Source: Octopus sinensis (Eukaryota). From it: a DNA stretch of 64,000 bases. The stretch is from the NCBI RefSeq assembly GCF_006345805.1, contig NC_043009.1:7812001-7876000 (forward strand), written 5' to 3'. A program made the translations under genes and the position numbers. This document shows positions 37,526 through 50,355 of the stretch, piece by piece; position 1 is the stretch's first letter; every line of letters begins with the position of its first letter. The notes below the pieces were generated by a model that ran no database searches, had not been told where the DNA came from, and saw only the letters and a list, made by a program, of their open reading frames with translations.

Positions 37526-38273
37526 GGATCTTTTCGGTTTGAACGGCAGTTTTTTTAAATAATTTCTATGTAACTAAACACTTTTAAACTTCGTATACTG
37601 GTAGAATGTGTTTATAAAACATCTTTTTCTCTTGGCTTTCTTGAGAAAATTCTGTAGTTTGTAAGATATTTTCTTCAATTTTGGTAATTTCAACCAATCA
37701 GTGACGTCTATTGAGGTGAAAACATTATCTACCGTAAAATTTTCTGCCGGTGAAATATGAAAATGTCCCTCGTTTAAGAAACAGATTGGGTTTATTTACA
37801 TTTCTGAAGAAAAAAATATACCCTTCCCCCCACCCCTAACCCTAACATTAACCCTAACCCTAACCCTAACCCTAAAACAGATTGAAATGCAATAGATCGA
37901 TACTAGGGTCATAATTATGGGTGGACACTAAAGAGGGAGCGGTTTTGTTATCCAGCTCTGTTTACGAGTGACCCCTCAGTTTATGGCCACAGGGTATCTT
38001 TTTTCTCATAAAAAACAGGGACATTTTCATATGACGCCGCCATAAAATGTTACGGCAGAAATCGTTTTCATCTCAATAGACGTCATTGATTGGTTGAAAT
38101 TGCCAAAATGCAAGAAATTAAAGACGAAATATGTTACAAACTATAGAATTTTCTCAAGAAAGCCGAGAGAAAAAGATGTTTTATAAACACATTCTACCAG
38201 TATACGAAGTTTAAAATTTTTTAGTTACATAGAAATTATTTTTAAAAGCTGCCGTTAAAACCGAAAAAAATCC
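37526..38273. mobile_element. Two oppositely oriented partial Merlin-like MITE copies
   Basis: Reverse copy 37526-37925 with (CCCTAA)n, and forward copy about 37990-38273. Confidence 0.7.
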
Positions 38274-38945
38274 CACAAATTTTTCACAATCGTAATTCTT
38301 ATTGCATGAAACACAAGAAATACTAAAAAAAAAATGAAGGAAGTGAGATAGTCTTTCCGAAAGTCCATCCATGTTATAGTTTGTGTGTATAGTATTAAGG
38401 TCAACCCTGTATTCTTCTGATTTCATTGAGAGAAAACCACTTCTCTTTATCTCTCGTACGCACGCACGAAGGCACACATGTGGGCGTTGAACCTACTTGA
38501 AATAACAGTGAAACTCTTTTAAATTAAACTCTGCAATTTTAAAAATATGAAAGGCACATTAAATGCTAATGGTCGAAAGTCATAGCTATTTCTGACGTAA
38601 GTTGGTTGTTGTCAGTAAATCTAGCACATGAGTTAATCTTTGCTTTTGTGAGTGTGTTATTAGATTTGGAAACGAATCACGACCAGGTTATATCAAGATA
38701 CTAAAAGAACAGAATTAGTATGAAGAAAATCAGTTTCAGGTGAGGAATTTTTCACCAACGAACACAGAATGTGATTTCGTGGAATGCCGTTGATTACCCT
38801 GCCGTTATCACGCCATCTGTCCGGTGTCACATCATGATGCAATTACAGTGTGCACTACTAATCACAATATTTCATAATACTGAAAATTAGTTTCCCATTA
38901 TGATCTTCGATTATATTATTGAGCTTTAATATTTATGACGATTAT

Positions 38946-39125
38946 AAAGTGGCGAGTTGGCAGAATCGTTTGCTCACGTCCGTCTTTACGTTCTGAGTTC
39001 AAATGCTGCCAAGGACGACTTCGCCTTTCATCCTTTCGGGGTCTATAAAATAAGTATTAGTTCAGCACTGGGGTCGATGTAATCGACTTACCCACGAACT
39101 TCTTGGCCTAGTGCCAAAATTTGGT
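38946..39125 (+). mobile_element. SINE-B variant
   Basis: Flanked by a ~20-bp TSD TAATATTTATGA(C/T)GATTATA. Confidence 0.8.
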
Positions 39126-39374
39126 ATTAATATTTATGATGATTATACTGTCTTTGGTAGGTAAGAGCCTAATCAACATACCTAACACATATACATAGCA
39201 GGAACGTAAAGCCCTCTACCTTGTTGCTCGGCCGCAAAACATAAAAGCTAACTTTTCCTCAAATCACACCATATTGTCCTAACAAGAAGGGGAAAAGAAT
39301 CATTGGACAATTTTGTCCAGGATGTACGATACCAGATCCTTACGATTTCGTTAGCATTGTCCGATTTTGATATA

Positions 39375-39607
39375 AGGCGGCGAGCTGGCAGAAACGTTAG
39401 CACGCCGGGCGAAATGCGTAGCCGTATTTCGTCTGTCGTTACGTTCTGAGTTCAAATTCTGCCGAGGTCGACTTTGCCTTTCATCCTTTCGGGGTCGGTA
39501 AATAAAGTACCAGTTTCGCACTGGGATCGATGTAATCGACTTGAATCATTTGTCTGTCCTTGTTTGTCCCCTCTATGTTTAGCCCCTTGTGGGCAGTAAA
39601 GAAATAT
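39375..39607 (+). mobile_element. SINE-B, full-length monomer
   Basis: Flanked by an ~18-bp TSD ATTGTCCGATTTTGA(T/C)ATA. Confidence 0.9.
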
Positions 39608-40419
39608 ATTGTCCGATTTTGACATACCTGTACAAGTGTGCTTCCTCACCCCTCGACTTTGTTTCCTCATAACTTCCAGAAAAATAGATATTTTTTAATG
39701 AATTTTTCTAGAATTGATTTTCATTTCAGATAGTGTAGATAACCACAGTGATTACATCGCATTTTAATATGAAAAAAAAAAGAAAAAGAAAAGAAATGGT
39801 GTTCACACATGCACACTGATGACATCATATAATCATCTACAAAATGAAACTTAACATTTTGAAACATGCGATGTGTGTCAGTGTATCCAGGTAAAAAAAA
39901 AGTCACAGGGAAGAACTCACATTTAATGCTATCGTATATAAAGTGTTGGCAATATGTACAAGTCATGTATTATCAGTTAATAACGGATTTAAAATATTTT
40001 CTGTTTTATTACTTCGTTTATGGTACTTTAATAAATTGTGACTAACTAGAATATTTTTGTTTGATTACCTGACTTTTTTTCTTAGACAAAATTGTAACCT
40101 TTTTCTATGACTTTAGTATCGGCTACCATAAATTAATTGTAACATTTTATTTCCAAGTCAAAACTGACATTTTCCTGTGACTTTATTACCGGCCACGGTG
40201 TCAGTATGAATGTACTGATTCACGCCATTTTTTTTTTTTTTTCACTTTAAATTCTGGTAGAATCGTAATCTACATTATCTGAAAATTATTTGTAGAAAAT
40301 ATCGTTTTAAAATATACATTTTTTCTCTCAAAGTTATAAAGAAACAAAGTCGGTGGGAGCGCTTTAAAAACACTATAACATATTCAGAACACTATTTTAG
40401 AAAATTATTTCCGTTCTCT

Positions 40420-40720
40420 TTGAGCATACAAAGCTTGTGCAAAATGAATAAGACGAGATAAAGTAAATCTACTTCTTCATTTCTTCAGAATTACATTTGA
40501 GAAAAGACTCATAGACATCAATATTCATCCTTTGGACATCGGAAAGATCAGAAATGCAACAAAAATTTTAAATATCCAAGTCAAATGAGAGAATCACGGG
40601 AAAATGGCACATATGAAATTTAAGGAAACTGAATAAATCTAAAAACTCAACATAAAATATTCTCTATAGCTTCTTCACGATCTGCTGAAATGGCTCTCTC
40701 TCTCTTCGTGATATATTTAC
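40420..40720 (+). pseudogene. Highly degraded Penelope GIY-YIG remnant
   Basis: Frameshifted pieces TFEKRL/RHQYSSF/RNATK/RENGTYEI resemble TFK.R..NH.SSF...NAT.LS..W.LK....Y.I.W. Confidence 0.35.
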
Positions 40721-41159
40721 GTCCCATGCAGTTTAGTTGGACAAAATTATTGAAATTAATCATTACTCATTTTACCCCACATTCGACATGTTTAGAAAAT
40801 TAAAAAAATTTACATTAGTGTGTGTGTGGGGGGGATGAGTTGGAATCCAACTAAGAAAAGAATTTTGATTGTAAAACACCAAAAATATCCAGATATTTTA
40901 TTAGCAACCTCAATTACAATGCGGTCAAAAAGTTAAGGGAAAATTTCTTGAAAAAAATATGAAAAATATCTGTCATTCGACTGTTTCGAACTCTCAACCT
41001 CAACAACAACATCTATGCCGAGTAGTTTTTATTCCAATACGATGCAACAGTATAAAATAATGATGCAATACTTGCAAACAAATTGGGAGAAAATAACAAG
41101 AAATCAGAAATTAGTCATTTTGTCCCAGTTACTAATTTTGCCCCACATCCATCTATCTA

Positions 41160-41190
<31 letters not shown>

Positions 41191-41308
41191 CTCTATATAT
41201 ATATATAATATATATATATATAATATATATATTATTTGAGGGAATATTAATTCTAACTTACAAGGAAAAATTCAATTTAGAAATACTAAATCAAATTTCA
41301 CACAACAT

Positions 41309-41366
<58 letters not shown>

Positions 41367-41944
41367 ATTTATATATATAATATATATAAATTAGAAAAAA
41401 ACACCTTTTATCAATTCAAATGAACATTAATTACACCATCTAGAAATTAGATATTAAAATTAAAATAACAATAAAATACCAATGATTAAGTAAATTGCAA
41501 AAAATAAATAAATAAAAACGTATATAATTGGTGCAATTGTCGTCTGCTCCAATGGAAAACAATGGCGTCGATACAAGCGCCGGAACACCCAGATGACCGT
41601 CACATGTACCACACATACACATACATACACACACTTTCATACATACACATACACACACACACACTCACATACATACACACACACACACACATACACACAC
41701 ACACACATACACACACACATACACACACACTCTCTCTCTCTCATCACACTTGAGGATTCATACTTGGTACATACGACCGTCAACTAAATTGACCCCATTG
41801 TAATTGAGGTTGCTAATAAAATATCTGGATAGTTTTGGTGTTTTACAATCAATTATATACGTTTTTGTTACTTTTTTGCAATTTACTTAATCATTGGTAT
41901 TTTATTATTATTTTAATTTTAATATTCTATTATATAGGAGTATC

Positions 41945-42111
41945 ATATAGGCGCAGGAGTGGCTGTGTGGTAAGTAGCTTGCTTACCAACCACATGGCTC
42001 CGGGTTCAGTCCCACTGCGTGGCATCTTGGGCAAGTGTCTTCTGCTATAGCCCCGGGCCGACCAAAGCCTTGTGAGTGGATTTGGTAGACGAAACTGAAA
42101 GAAGCCAGTCG

Positions 42112-42187
<76 letters not shown>

Positions 42188-42390
42188 TGTGTGTGTTTGT
42201 GTGTCTTGTTTGCCCCCCTAGCATTGCTTGACAACGATGCTGTTCGGTTCACTTAGCGGTTCGGTAAAAGAGACCGATAGAATAAGTACTGGGCTTACAA
42301 AAAATAATAAGTCCCGGGGTCGAGTTGCTCGATTAAAGGCGGTGCTCCAGCATGGCCGCAGTCAAATGACTGAGACAAGTAAAAGGGAAT
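41945..42390 (+). mobile_element. SINE-A
   Basis: Full-length copy with an expanded (TA)n. Confidence 0.9.
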
Positions 42391-42540
42391 ATATATATAC
42401 ATGTATGTTATGTATGTATGTATGTATGTATGTATGTATGTATGTATGGTTGTGTGGTGTGTGTGTGTGTGTGTACGTGTGTGTGTGTGTGATACAGCTG
42501 TGCAATATATGCGAGTGTATGTGTTTGAGGAATCATATGT

Positions 42541-42897
42541 ACGCGTGTGTTGTTCGTATTTACATTCAGAAGCGTGGGTAAATATACTTGTGTGTAATAA
42601 TGTTTGTATATACGTGCCAGCCAGTTTAAGTAGGTTTTCTCGCAGCGGTGTGTGCGTATATTTGTGTGTATGTGTGCGAGAGTGTACGTATGTATGTATG
42701 TGTATGTATTTTGTGATGCACGCGTGTGTTGTTCGTATTTACATTCAGAAGCGTGGGTAAATATACTTGTGTTGTAATAATGTTTGTATATACGTCCAGC
42801 CGTTAAGTAGGTTTTCTCGCAGCGGTGTGTGCGTATATTTGTGTGTATGTGTGCGAGAGTGTACGTATGTATGTAATGTGTATGTATTTGTGATGGC
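42541..42897 (+). repeat. Direct tandem duplication, 2 x ~178 bp
   Basis: ACGCGTGTGTTGTTCGTATTTACATTCAGAAGCGTGGG occurs at about 42541 and 42720. Confidence 0.9.
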
Positions 42898-43537
42898 GTG
42901 ACTGTGCATACATGTGTTATTCGAATGTGTGAATGTGTATATATAATGTGTGCGTTTGTGGTGCTTTACATATACGTGAATGTGTATATGTGTGAGCGCG
43001 TATACATGTGTATGTGCTATGTATGAATCCGCACGTATGAGTGTGTGTGTGTGTGTATGTATGTGTGTGTGTATGTATGTGTGTGTGTGTATGTGTGGTA
43101 CATGTGACGGTCATCTGGATGTTCCGGCGCTTGTATCGACGCCATTGCTTTCCATTGGAGCAGACGACAATTGCACCTGTCACATAATATATACACTCTT
43201 CCCTCTACCCTGCTACGCCCTCCTCATTTTCTCTGCTTTTGACTTAAGAATCACATCAATCACTCAAGTGATTTTCCTCCTCCTCTTTCTCTCCTTCCCC
43301 TCCTCCTTCCTCTTCCTTTCCCCTCCTCCCTCCTTCATTTCTTCTTCCTCTCCTTCCCTTTCATCGCTTCTTCCTCCTGCCTTGTCCTCCTTCCCCTCCT
43401 CATTCCTCTTCCTTTCCCCTTCTCTCCCTTCGTCTCCTTCCCTTTCATCTCGTCTTCCTCTTTCCTTGTCCTTCTCCTTTCTCTTCTTCTGCCCCTCCAT
43501 TCCTCTTCCTTTCCCTTCTCATTCCTTCCCTCTTCCC

Positions 43538-43697
43538 CCAGCTCCTTCGTCTCCTCCTCTACTTTCCCTCTTCCTCCAGCTCCTTCGTCTCCTCCTCTAC
43601 TTTCCCTCTTCCTCCAGCTCCTTCGTCTCCTCCTCTACATCCCCTCTTCCTCCAGCTCCTTCGTCTCCTCCTCTACCTTCCCTCTTCCTCCAGCTTT
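43538..43697 (+). repeat. 38-bp pyrimidine-rich minisatellite x4
   Basis: Unit CCAGCTCCTTCGTCTCCTCCTCTACTTTCCCTCTTCCT. Confidence 0.9.
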
Positions 43698-44375
43698 CTC
43701 TAATGTCGACAGTTTAACGCGAACCTCCATTTTATCTCTCTTTATCCATTCCATACAAACCAAACGACATACTTAAGGAGTTTATTTATTGACTATTTGT
43801 TAATGGCATTGATCAAGAATATTACCAAATTGGAACGTTCTGCAGTTAGTAGACTTTTAAGTCCTTTTCCTCCGCGAAGACTGCATGAAAAATGTCGGTA
43901 AGTAATAATTATTCTCTAACTTATTCTAAATTCCACTCATTTTAAATTCTACCCGTTCAAAATTCTGTCAATTCTAAATTCTACCAAAGTGTAAATTTTG
44001 TCTGTAAATTCTATAATTACCAATTTTAATATATTTTTAAAGTATGAGAAAAATTTGGTGCTTGTCCAATTTAGCAGCAAATCAAAATGTCCTTTGATTA
44101 GATAATCCATGAATTAAATGGCTAAGTTCAGTTTCATACGAGACTGAATTGAACCTAGAAGAAAACCTTTCGTTTTTCTTAATACCGTAAAAGATAAACG
44201 AAAAAGAAAAAACCAAGTTTGTCTCCTCCCGAATTTTAATAAATTAATTCCCAGATAAATCATTAGGTCAGACATGTTGGTTAGTGACTTGGAGGAATTT
44301 CGAACATTTAAGATTTGATCGTGAGGGCTCGCTAATTACTTGAGATATTTGTTAATATATTAAGTGTAATATATA

Positions 44376-45328
44376 TTTCTTTACTACCCACAAGGAACTA
44401 AACATAGAGGGATAAAAAGGACAGACAAAGGGATTTAATCGAACCCCAGGCGAAAACTGGTACGTTATTTATATCGACCCCAGTGCGAAACTGATACTTA
44501 TTTATCGGACCCGGAAAGGATGAAAGCAAAAGTCGACCCTCGGCGGAATTTGAAACTCAAGACAGAAACGTAACGGCAGACGAAATACCTATCTTTACCA
44601 CCACCAAAAAGGGATGGGGATTAAGTCGATTACATCGACCCTAGTGAGAAACTGGTACTTTATTTATCGACCCCAAAAGGATGAAAGACAAAGTCGACCT
44701 CGGCGGAATTTGAACTCAACGTAACGGCAGACGAAATACCTATTTCTTTACTACCCACAAGGGGCTAAACACGGAGAGGACAAACAAGGACAGACAAAGG
44801 GATTAAGTCAATGTATCGACTCTAGTGCGAAACTGGTACTTAATTTATCGACCCCAAAAGGATGAAAGGCAAAGTCGACCTCGGCGGAATTTGAACTCAG
44901 AACGTAACGGCAGACGAAATACCTATTTCTTTACCACCCACAAGGGGCTAAACAGAGAGGACAAACAAGGACAGACAAACGGATTAAGTCGATTATATCG
45001 ACTCCAGTGCGTAACTGGTACTTATTTAATCGACCCCGAAAGGATGAAAGGCAAAGTCGACCTCGGCAGAATTTGAACTCAGAACGTAACGACAGATGAA
45101 ATACCTATTTCTTTATTACCCGCAAGGGGCTAAACATAGAGGGGGACAGACAAAAGGATTAAGTCCATTTCATCGACCCCAGTGCGTAACTGGTACTTAA
45201 TTTATCGACCCCGAAAGGATGAAAGGCAAAGTCGACCTCGGCGGAATTTGAACTCAGAACGTAACGACAGACGAAATACCGCTAAGCATTTCGCCCGGCG
45301 CGCTAACGTTTCTGCCAGCTCGCCGCCC
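44376..45328 (-). mobile_element. Five-unit head-to-tail SINE-B multimer
   Basis: Junctions at 44589/90, 44740/41, 44923/24 and 45105/06. One 18-bp TSD TATTAAGTGTAATATATA at 44358-44375 and 45329-45346. Confidence 0.9.
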
Positions 45329-45585
45329 TATTAAGTGTAATATATACAAAGTCAAATGGTGGGAAGCAAAAAGCAATTTTAAATCTATGAAGGAATGGGC
45401 AAGCTGCGATGTTGAGGACATGTAGATTCAGAAATTTAGTGCTGAATCCTTTTTTCTGTTGTTACAACCAAATTGCTTTCGCAGTTTATCTTTTGTAACA
45501 AGACATTTTTTTTTACCTCTTTTTAAATAAATTTTAGGCGATCTTTAAGGAGATTTAAGTATCAAAATCAAATTATCTGATTTAT

Positions 45586-46763
45586 CGGTACTACTTAAGA
45601 CGAGTGGTCCCGGTGCGCGCACTCGCGTATTGGCGCATCCGCGCTAGCTAGTCGTGACTAGTCGATCCTACAATGACTACCTAGCAAAGAAAATATTACA
45701 CAAAATAAATAATTTGGCGAAGTTTCGCATGTCGTAGCTCAGATTTCCGTCGATTTCCGTAAAAAAACTTTTATTTTTTTACATAAGTAATGAGAGCGAA
45801 AGAGACTAAGAGGAAGCAATTTTATGACGAGGGAAGTTGTCTTTGAAGTTACCGTCTAGGGGAAGCATTGATGTACATGTGTGTGTGTTTGATGGGGTGT
45901 GGGAGACAGTATGTTGTGTAAGTGAAGTGCTTCTGTTAGTGTGCGAAGAGACAGAGAGAGTAATGTGTGAAAGAGAGAGATAACTGATTTTTTACTCGGT
46001 GTATGTGTATTGCATGTATGTGTGTGTGTATGTATCTATGTATGTGTGTGTGTGTAAGTATGTGTGTGTGTATGTATGTAGTATGGCCGATTTATCGTAA
46101 TTTTTTACTCGGTGTATGTGTATATGTATGTCTGCATGTATGTGTGTGTGTGTATGTATCTGTGTATGTGTGTGTGTATGTATGTATGTGTGTATGTATG
46201 TATGGTCGATTCAGTGTAATTTTTTACTCGGTGTATGTGTATATGTATGTCTGCATGTATGTGTGTGTGTGTGTATGTATCTATGTGTGTGTAAGTATGT
46301 GTGTGTGTATGTATGTATGTATGTATGTGGTGTGTGTATGTATCTATGTATGTGTGTGTGTGTATGTATGTATGTATGGCCGATTCATCGTAATTTTTTA
46401 CTCGGTGTATGTGTATATGTATGTCTGTCTCTTCGCACACTAACAGAAGCACTTCACTTACACAACATACTGTCTGTCTCCCACACCCCATCAAACACAC
46501 ACAGGCCGACTTCAAAGTGAAACCTTCTCGTCGTAAAATCGCTTCCTCTTAGTCTCTTTCGCTCTCATTACTTATGTAAAAAAATAAAAGTTTTTTACGG
46601 AAATCGACGGAAATCTGTGCTACTACAACCGAAACTATGCCAATAATTTTTTTTACACAAAGTAAATAAAACCCAAAAACCGAAAGTAAGGATCAACTAG
46701 TCACGACTAGCTAGCGCGGATGCGCGAGTACGCGAGTGCGCGCACTGTTCTGAAGTAGTACCG
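45586..46763. mobile_element. Foldback-type element with ~350-bp TIRs and internal tandem array
   Basis: 45586-45955 is the inverted complement of about 46430-46763. ATTTAT flanks both ends. Confidence 0.8.
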
Positions 46764-46994
46764 ATTTATCTGCTTGCTTGTTCGGCAATTTCCGTAAAAA
46801 TATTTTTCTTTATTTAATTTATTTTTACCATGTTATTTCGAAGCTGACAATTACCTCCATGTGGCAGTTGAAAAGTGAAGCATGCTCTCGCGTACATACA
46901 TGTTTACTTACACCCATTGACTTCCATGTCCACTCTCTTTCTCACACACATACATAAACACGTGTCTCTTTTTTTGTTCTCACGAATTGATTAT

Positions 46995-47412
46995 ACTCTC
47001 TCTTTTACTTGTTTCAGTCATTTTGACTGTGGACATGCTGGAGCACCGCCCTTAGTCGAGCAAATCGACTGCAGGACTTATTCTTTCTTTGTAAGCCTAG
47101 TACTTATTCTATCGGTCTCATTTGCCGAACGGCTAAGTTACTGGGACGTAAACACACCAGCATCGGTTGTCAAGCGATGTTGGGGGGGGGACAAACAAAG
47201 ACACACAAACACATACACACGCATACATATATATATATACATACATACGACGGGCTTCTTTCAGTTTCCGTCTACCAAATCCACTCACGAGGCTTTTGTC
47301 GGCCCGAGGCTATAGTAGAAGACACTTGCTCAAGGTGCCACGCAGTGGGACTGAACCCGGAACCATGTGGTTCGTAAGCAAGCTACTTATCACACAGCCA
47401 CTCCTACGCCTA
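46995..47412 (-). mobile_element. SINE-A
   Basis: Full-length copy with CpGs retained. Confidence 0.9.
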
Positions 47413-47533
47413 TGTACTTACCACACAGCCACTCCTTATGTATTTTTGTGTATGTATATTAGTGCATGGATAGTCTGTACGTATGTACAAAATATTTTTG
47501 TGTATGCATATATGTTTTGTATGCATGTAAGTA

Positions 47534-48731
47534 CAAGGGTGGGCTGAAAAGTCCGTAGACAGCGAAGGAGTGATGCTAGAGCTGTGAAATGTTGCATGCA
47601 TTGATTTCATCCCTTATTATTAATAACAGCATTGCTTCTTTCCAGGTAAACTGACATCTGACTGTTCAAAAAAGGCTTCATAAGTTACTAGCTGCGGCTT
47701 CTCTTGAAAATGAACGAAATTTGGCATCGTGGTGGTATCAAGTACCCGTAGAAAAGGGTTTAACCCCAAAGGACATTCATGCTGCCATGGTTATTGGGAG
47801 AATGATGCTCCAGCTTTAACGATAGTGCAGAATTGGGCAGCTGGATTTAGGAGAGGAAGGGAAAGTCTTGAAGATTATTCAATGTCTGGACACCTTGCAA
47901 CTGCCACCACCGAGGAAAACATTGATCGTGTTCACCACATGGTGATGGATGACAGGCAGTTGACTATAAATAAAATAGCCAATGCTATTAGCATGTCCTG
48001 TGAGGGAGTTGAGAATATTCTGTGCAATGAACATGGTATGACAAGGATTTCTGCTTGGCTGCCACGTCTTCTGACATCAAAAGCGCACCGGACTGATTAT
48101 ATTGCAGGAAAATCTGACGTTGTTTGAGACAGATGCAGTGTTGCTTCATTACTTGGGCCAGAGAGACAATCCAGGTAGTGGAAACATTCCTCCTCATCTG
48201 CTCCAAAGAAGGCCAAGATTGTTTCATCTGCAGGGAAGTTGATGGCTTCAGTTTTGGGGGATGGAAAAGGTATGGTGTTTATTGACTATCTTCAAAGGGG
48301 CCACACAATCAAAGGAGAGTATTATGTAAACTTCCTGAGGCAGTTACGAAAGGCTATGAAGACCAAACGCTCAAGAAAACTGGCAAAATAGGTCTTATTT
48401 CATCAGGACAGTGCTCCAGCAAATAAGTCATTGGTTTCAATGGCTGCTGTGCGCTTTGAATTGGTTTATCACCGTCCTTAATCTCTTGATTAGACTCCCG
48501 CTGACTATCATCTGTTCCCCGACATGAAAAAAACACAAAAAAACATTTGGCTAGGAAGCAGTATCACTGTGGTGATGACGTCATATCTGCTGTTGACTAT
48601 TTTTTAGCAACCAGATGAAACCTTCTTCACCAATGGAAGAAGTGTGTGGGCCGCAAAGAAGATTGTTAAAAAATAAACTTCATTTGGTCACATTCCAACG
48701 GTCAGCTTATGAACTCTTCAGCCAACCCTCG
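47534..48731 (+). mobile_element. Mariner transposon, decayed, both TIRs present
   Basis: TA|CAAGGGTGGGCTGAAAAGT ... TCTTCAGCCAACCCTCG|TA. Broken transposase WAAGFRRGRESLED, TTEENIDRVHHMVMDDRQLT, LFHQDSAP, DYHLFPDMKK. Confidence 0.9.
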
Positions 48732-48953
48732 TATACATACACAAAGATATACATTGTACATAAGTACTCAAACAGGTCTGTACATATATACACAAATATA
48801 CATACATACATGTATGTACACATAAATACGGCATACACAAAAACAAGCGATTCGTGAAAACAAAATAGATGTGTGTGTTTCATTATTCAGCACGTGGATA
48901 TGAAAGTCAGTGGATGCGCGTTTTACTTTTCAACTGGCACACGGACTTTTACA

Positions 48954-49230
48954 GGACCTTTTCGGTTTGAACGACAGTTTTTTCTAGCGGTGTCATATGA
49001 AACTGTCACCCATAATTATGACCCTAGTATCGATCTATTGCATTTCAGTCTGTTTTAGGGTTAGGGGTGGGGAGAAGGGTATCTTTTTTTTCTTACAAAC
49101 TATAGAATTTTCTCAATAAAGCCAAGAGAAAAAGATGTTTTTTAAACACATTCTACCAGTATACGAAGTTCAAAATGTTTTAGTTGCCTAGAAATTATGT
49201 TAAAAACTGCTGTTTAAACCGAAAAGATTC
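48954..49230. mobile_element. Merlin-like MITE, internally deleted
   Basis: Same family. Perfect 8-bp TSD CTTTTACA (48946-53 / 49231-38). Confidence 0.8.
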
Positions 49231-49689
49231 CTTTTACAGAACCTGAAAAAAATAAAAGAAATATTGTCTATTCATTTTTTTTCTTCATTTTGTTTTTTAG
49301 AAGCTTGTCATAAACTCTTATACTTGTTTTCAGACTTGTATTTAGCCTTTGTTTCATTCGTTTTGAGTAATATAAAGTTTTCCTTTCATGCATCGTAAGT
49401 TACTCAGGTGGTTGCTTAATAAACCATAGGAAACTAATTATCAATTCTTACACCACTGCCTTCTGTAGATACAACATAGATTTTTCGGAACCTTTGGTTC
49501 CAAAGCCATTCTGGATTATTGATTTTTCCAAACCAGAGGTGGTCACCTTGATCAACACACTAAATTATGAAAACAATACTGAAACCGTATTTTCGACAAT
49601 AGTCATGAGTTTTCCATATAAGATAATACAAAAGAAAGACGATGAAAAGAAAAAGGAACAGGAAAAAAAAGAAAAGGAAATAACAAAAA

Positions 49690-50020
49690 ACAACAATGTA
49701 GCACCGAGTGCTTCAACTGGTCGCACACAAGGTTTAACGGAATTTACTGAGGCAAGCATTACCTCGGGCGATGGCGAGACTAAGACGTTGGAAAAGACAA
49801 GTGCCCTGACGGGCATCACCTGACTCCTCGGTGAGGCGAACTGCCAAAGATGACAAGAACTTCGGTTAGTGGTCCCAGTCCCTCCGAACGTCTCAAACGC
49901 CATAGGTTGAAAGAGGTAGTTCACTGTCAGGTCCCGATACTTGAGGGATTTGGTTCCTTTCGGCTACAGAGGCAGTGACCCTCCCATTTACCGCAGCATC
50001 CAGGATGTGGGGGAAATACC
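49690..50020 (-). pseudogene. 3' remnant of a CRE-like non-LTR retrotransposon (restriction-like endonuclease end)
   Basis: KYRDLTVNYLFQPMAFETFGG / FLSSLAVRLTEESGDARQGTCLFQRLSLAIARGNA matches the K..KY..L...F.P...ET.G...QR.S.AI.RGNA pattern. Confidence 0.7.
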
Positions 50021-50355
50021 TGTACATTAGTATAAATGATATAAGTTTATTGACACTACTGTGCAAGGTACCAGTAAACTAGTCGGATTATAAGAGATTA
50101 CGAATCGTCAGTTTCCAGAGAATCCGTGTTGTACCTGTATTATATTTCCTTTCACATCAAGGATGTTTTATAACAATGCTTTCCTAATGTTTTCGACTTT
50201 GCGATGTCCTGGTGATCAAATAAAAACAAATTACTAGTTCGCTCGCATGCAACCCCGCTTTTTTTTTTTTATAAAAAAGGTCGTTTTATGGTTCCAGGTT
50301 TAGCAGAAAATATGGAAAACTTATTGCTTTTGTTGTTTTATTAATCACATTTGTG

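Noticed and set aside
37833-37873. (CCCTAA)n as a true telomere or fusion scar
   Set aside because: It is short and internal to a MITE present several times in the window.
38660-38740. Candidate exon ending TTTCAG|GTGAGG
   Set aside because: All three frames contain stops from the nearest acceptor.
44376-45328. CRISPR-like regular repeat array
   Set aside because: The units are ~182-bp SINE copies without unique spacers, there are no cas genes, and the context is eukaryotic.
49494-49823. 109-aa + strand ORF
   Set aside because: It is made of an A-rich low-complexity tract plus the antisense of the CRE-like remnant.
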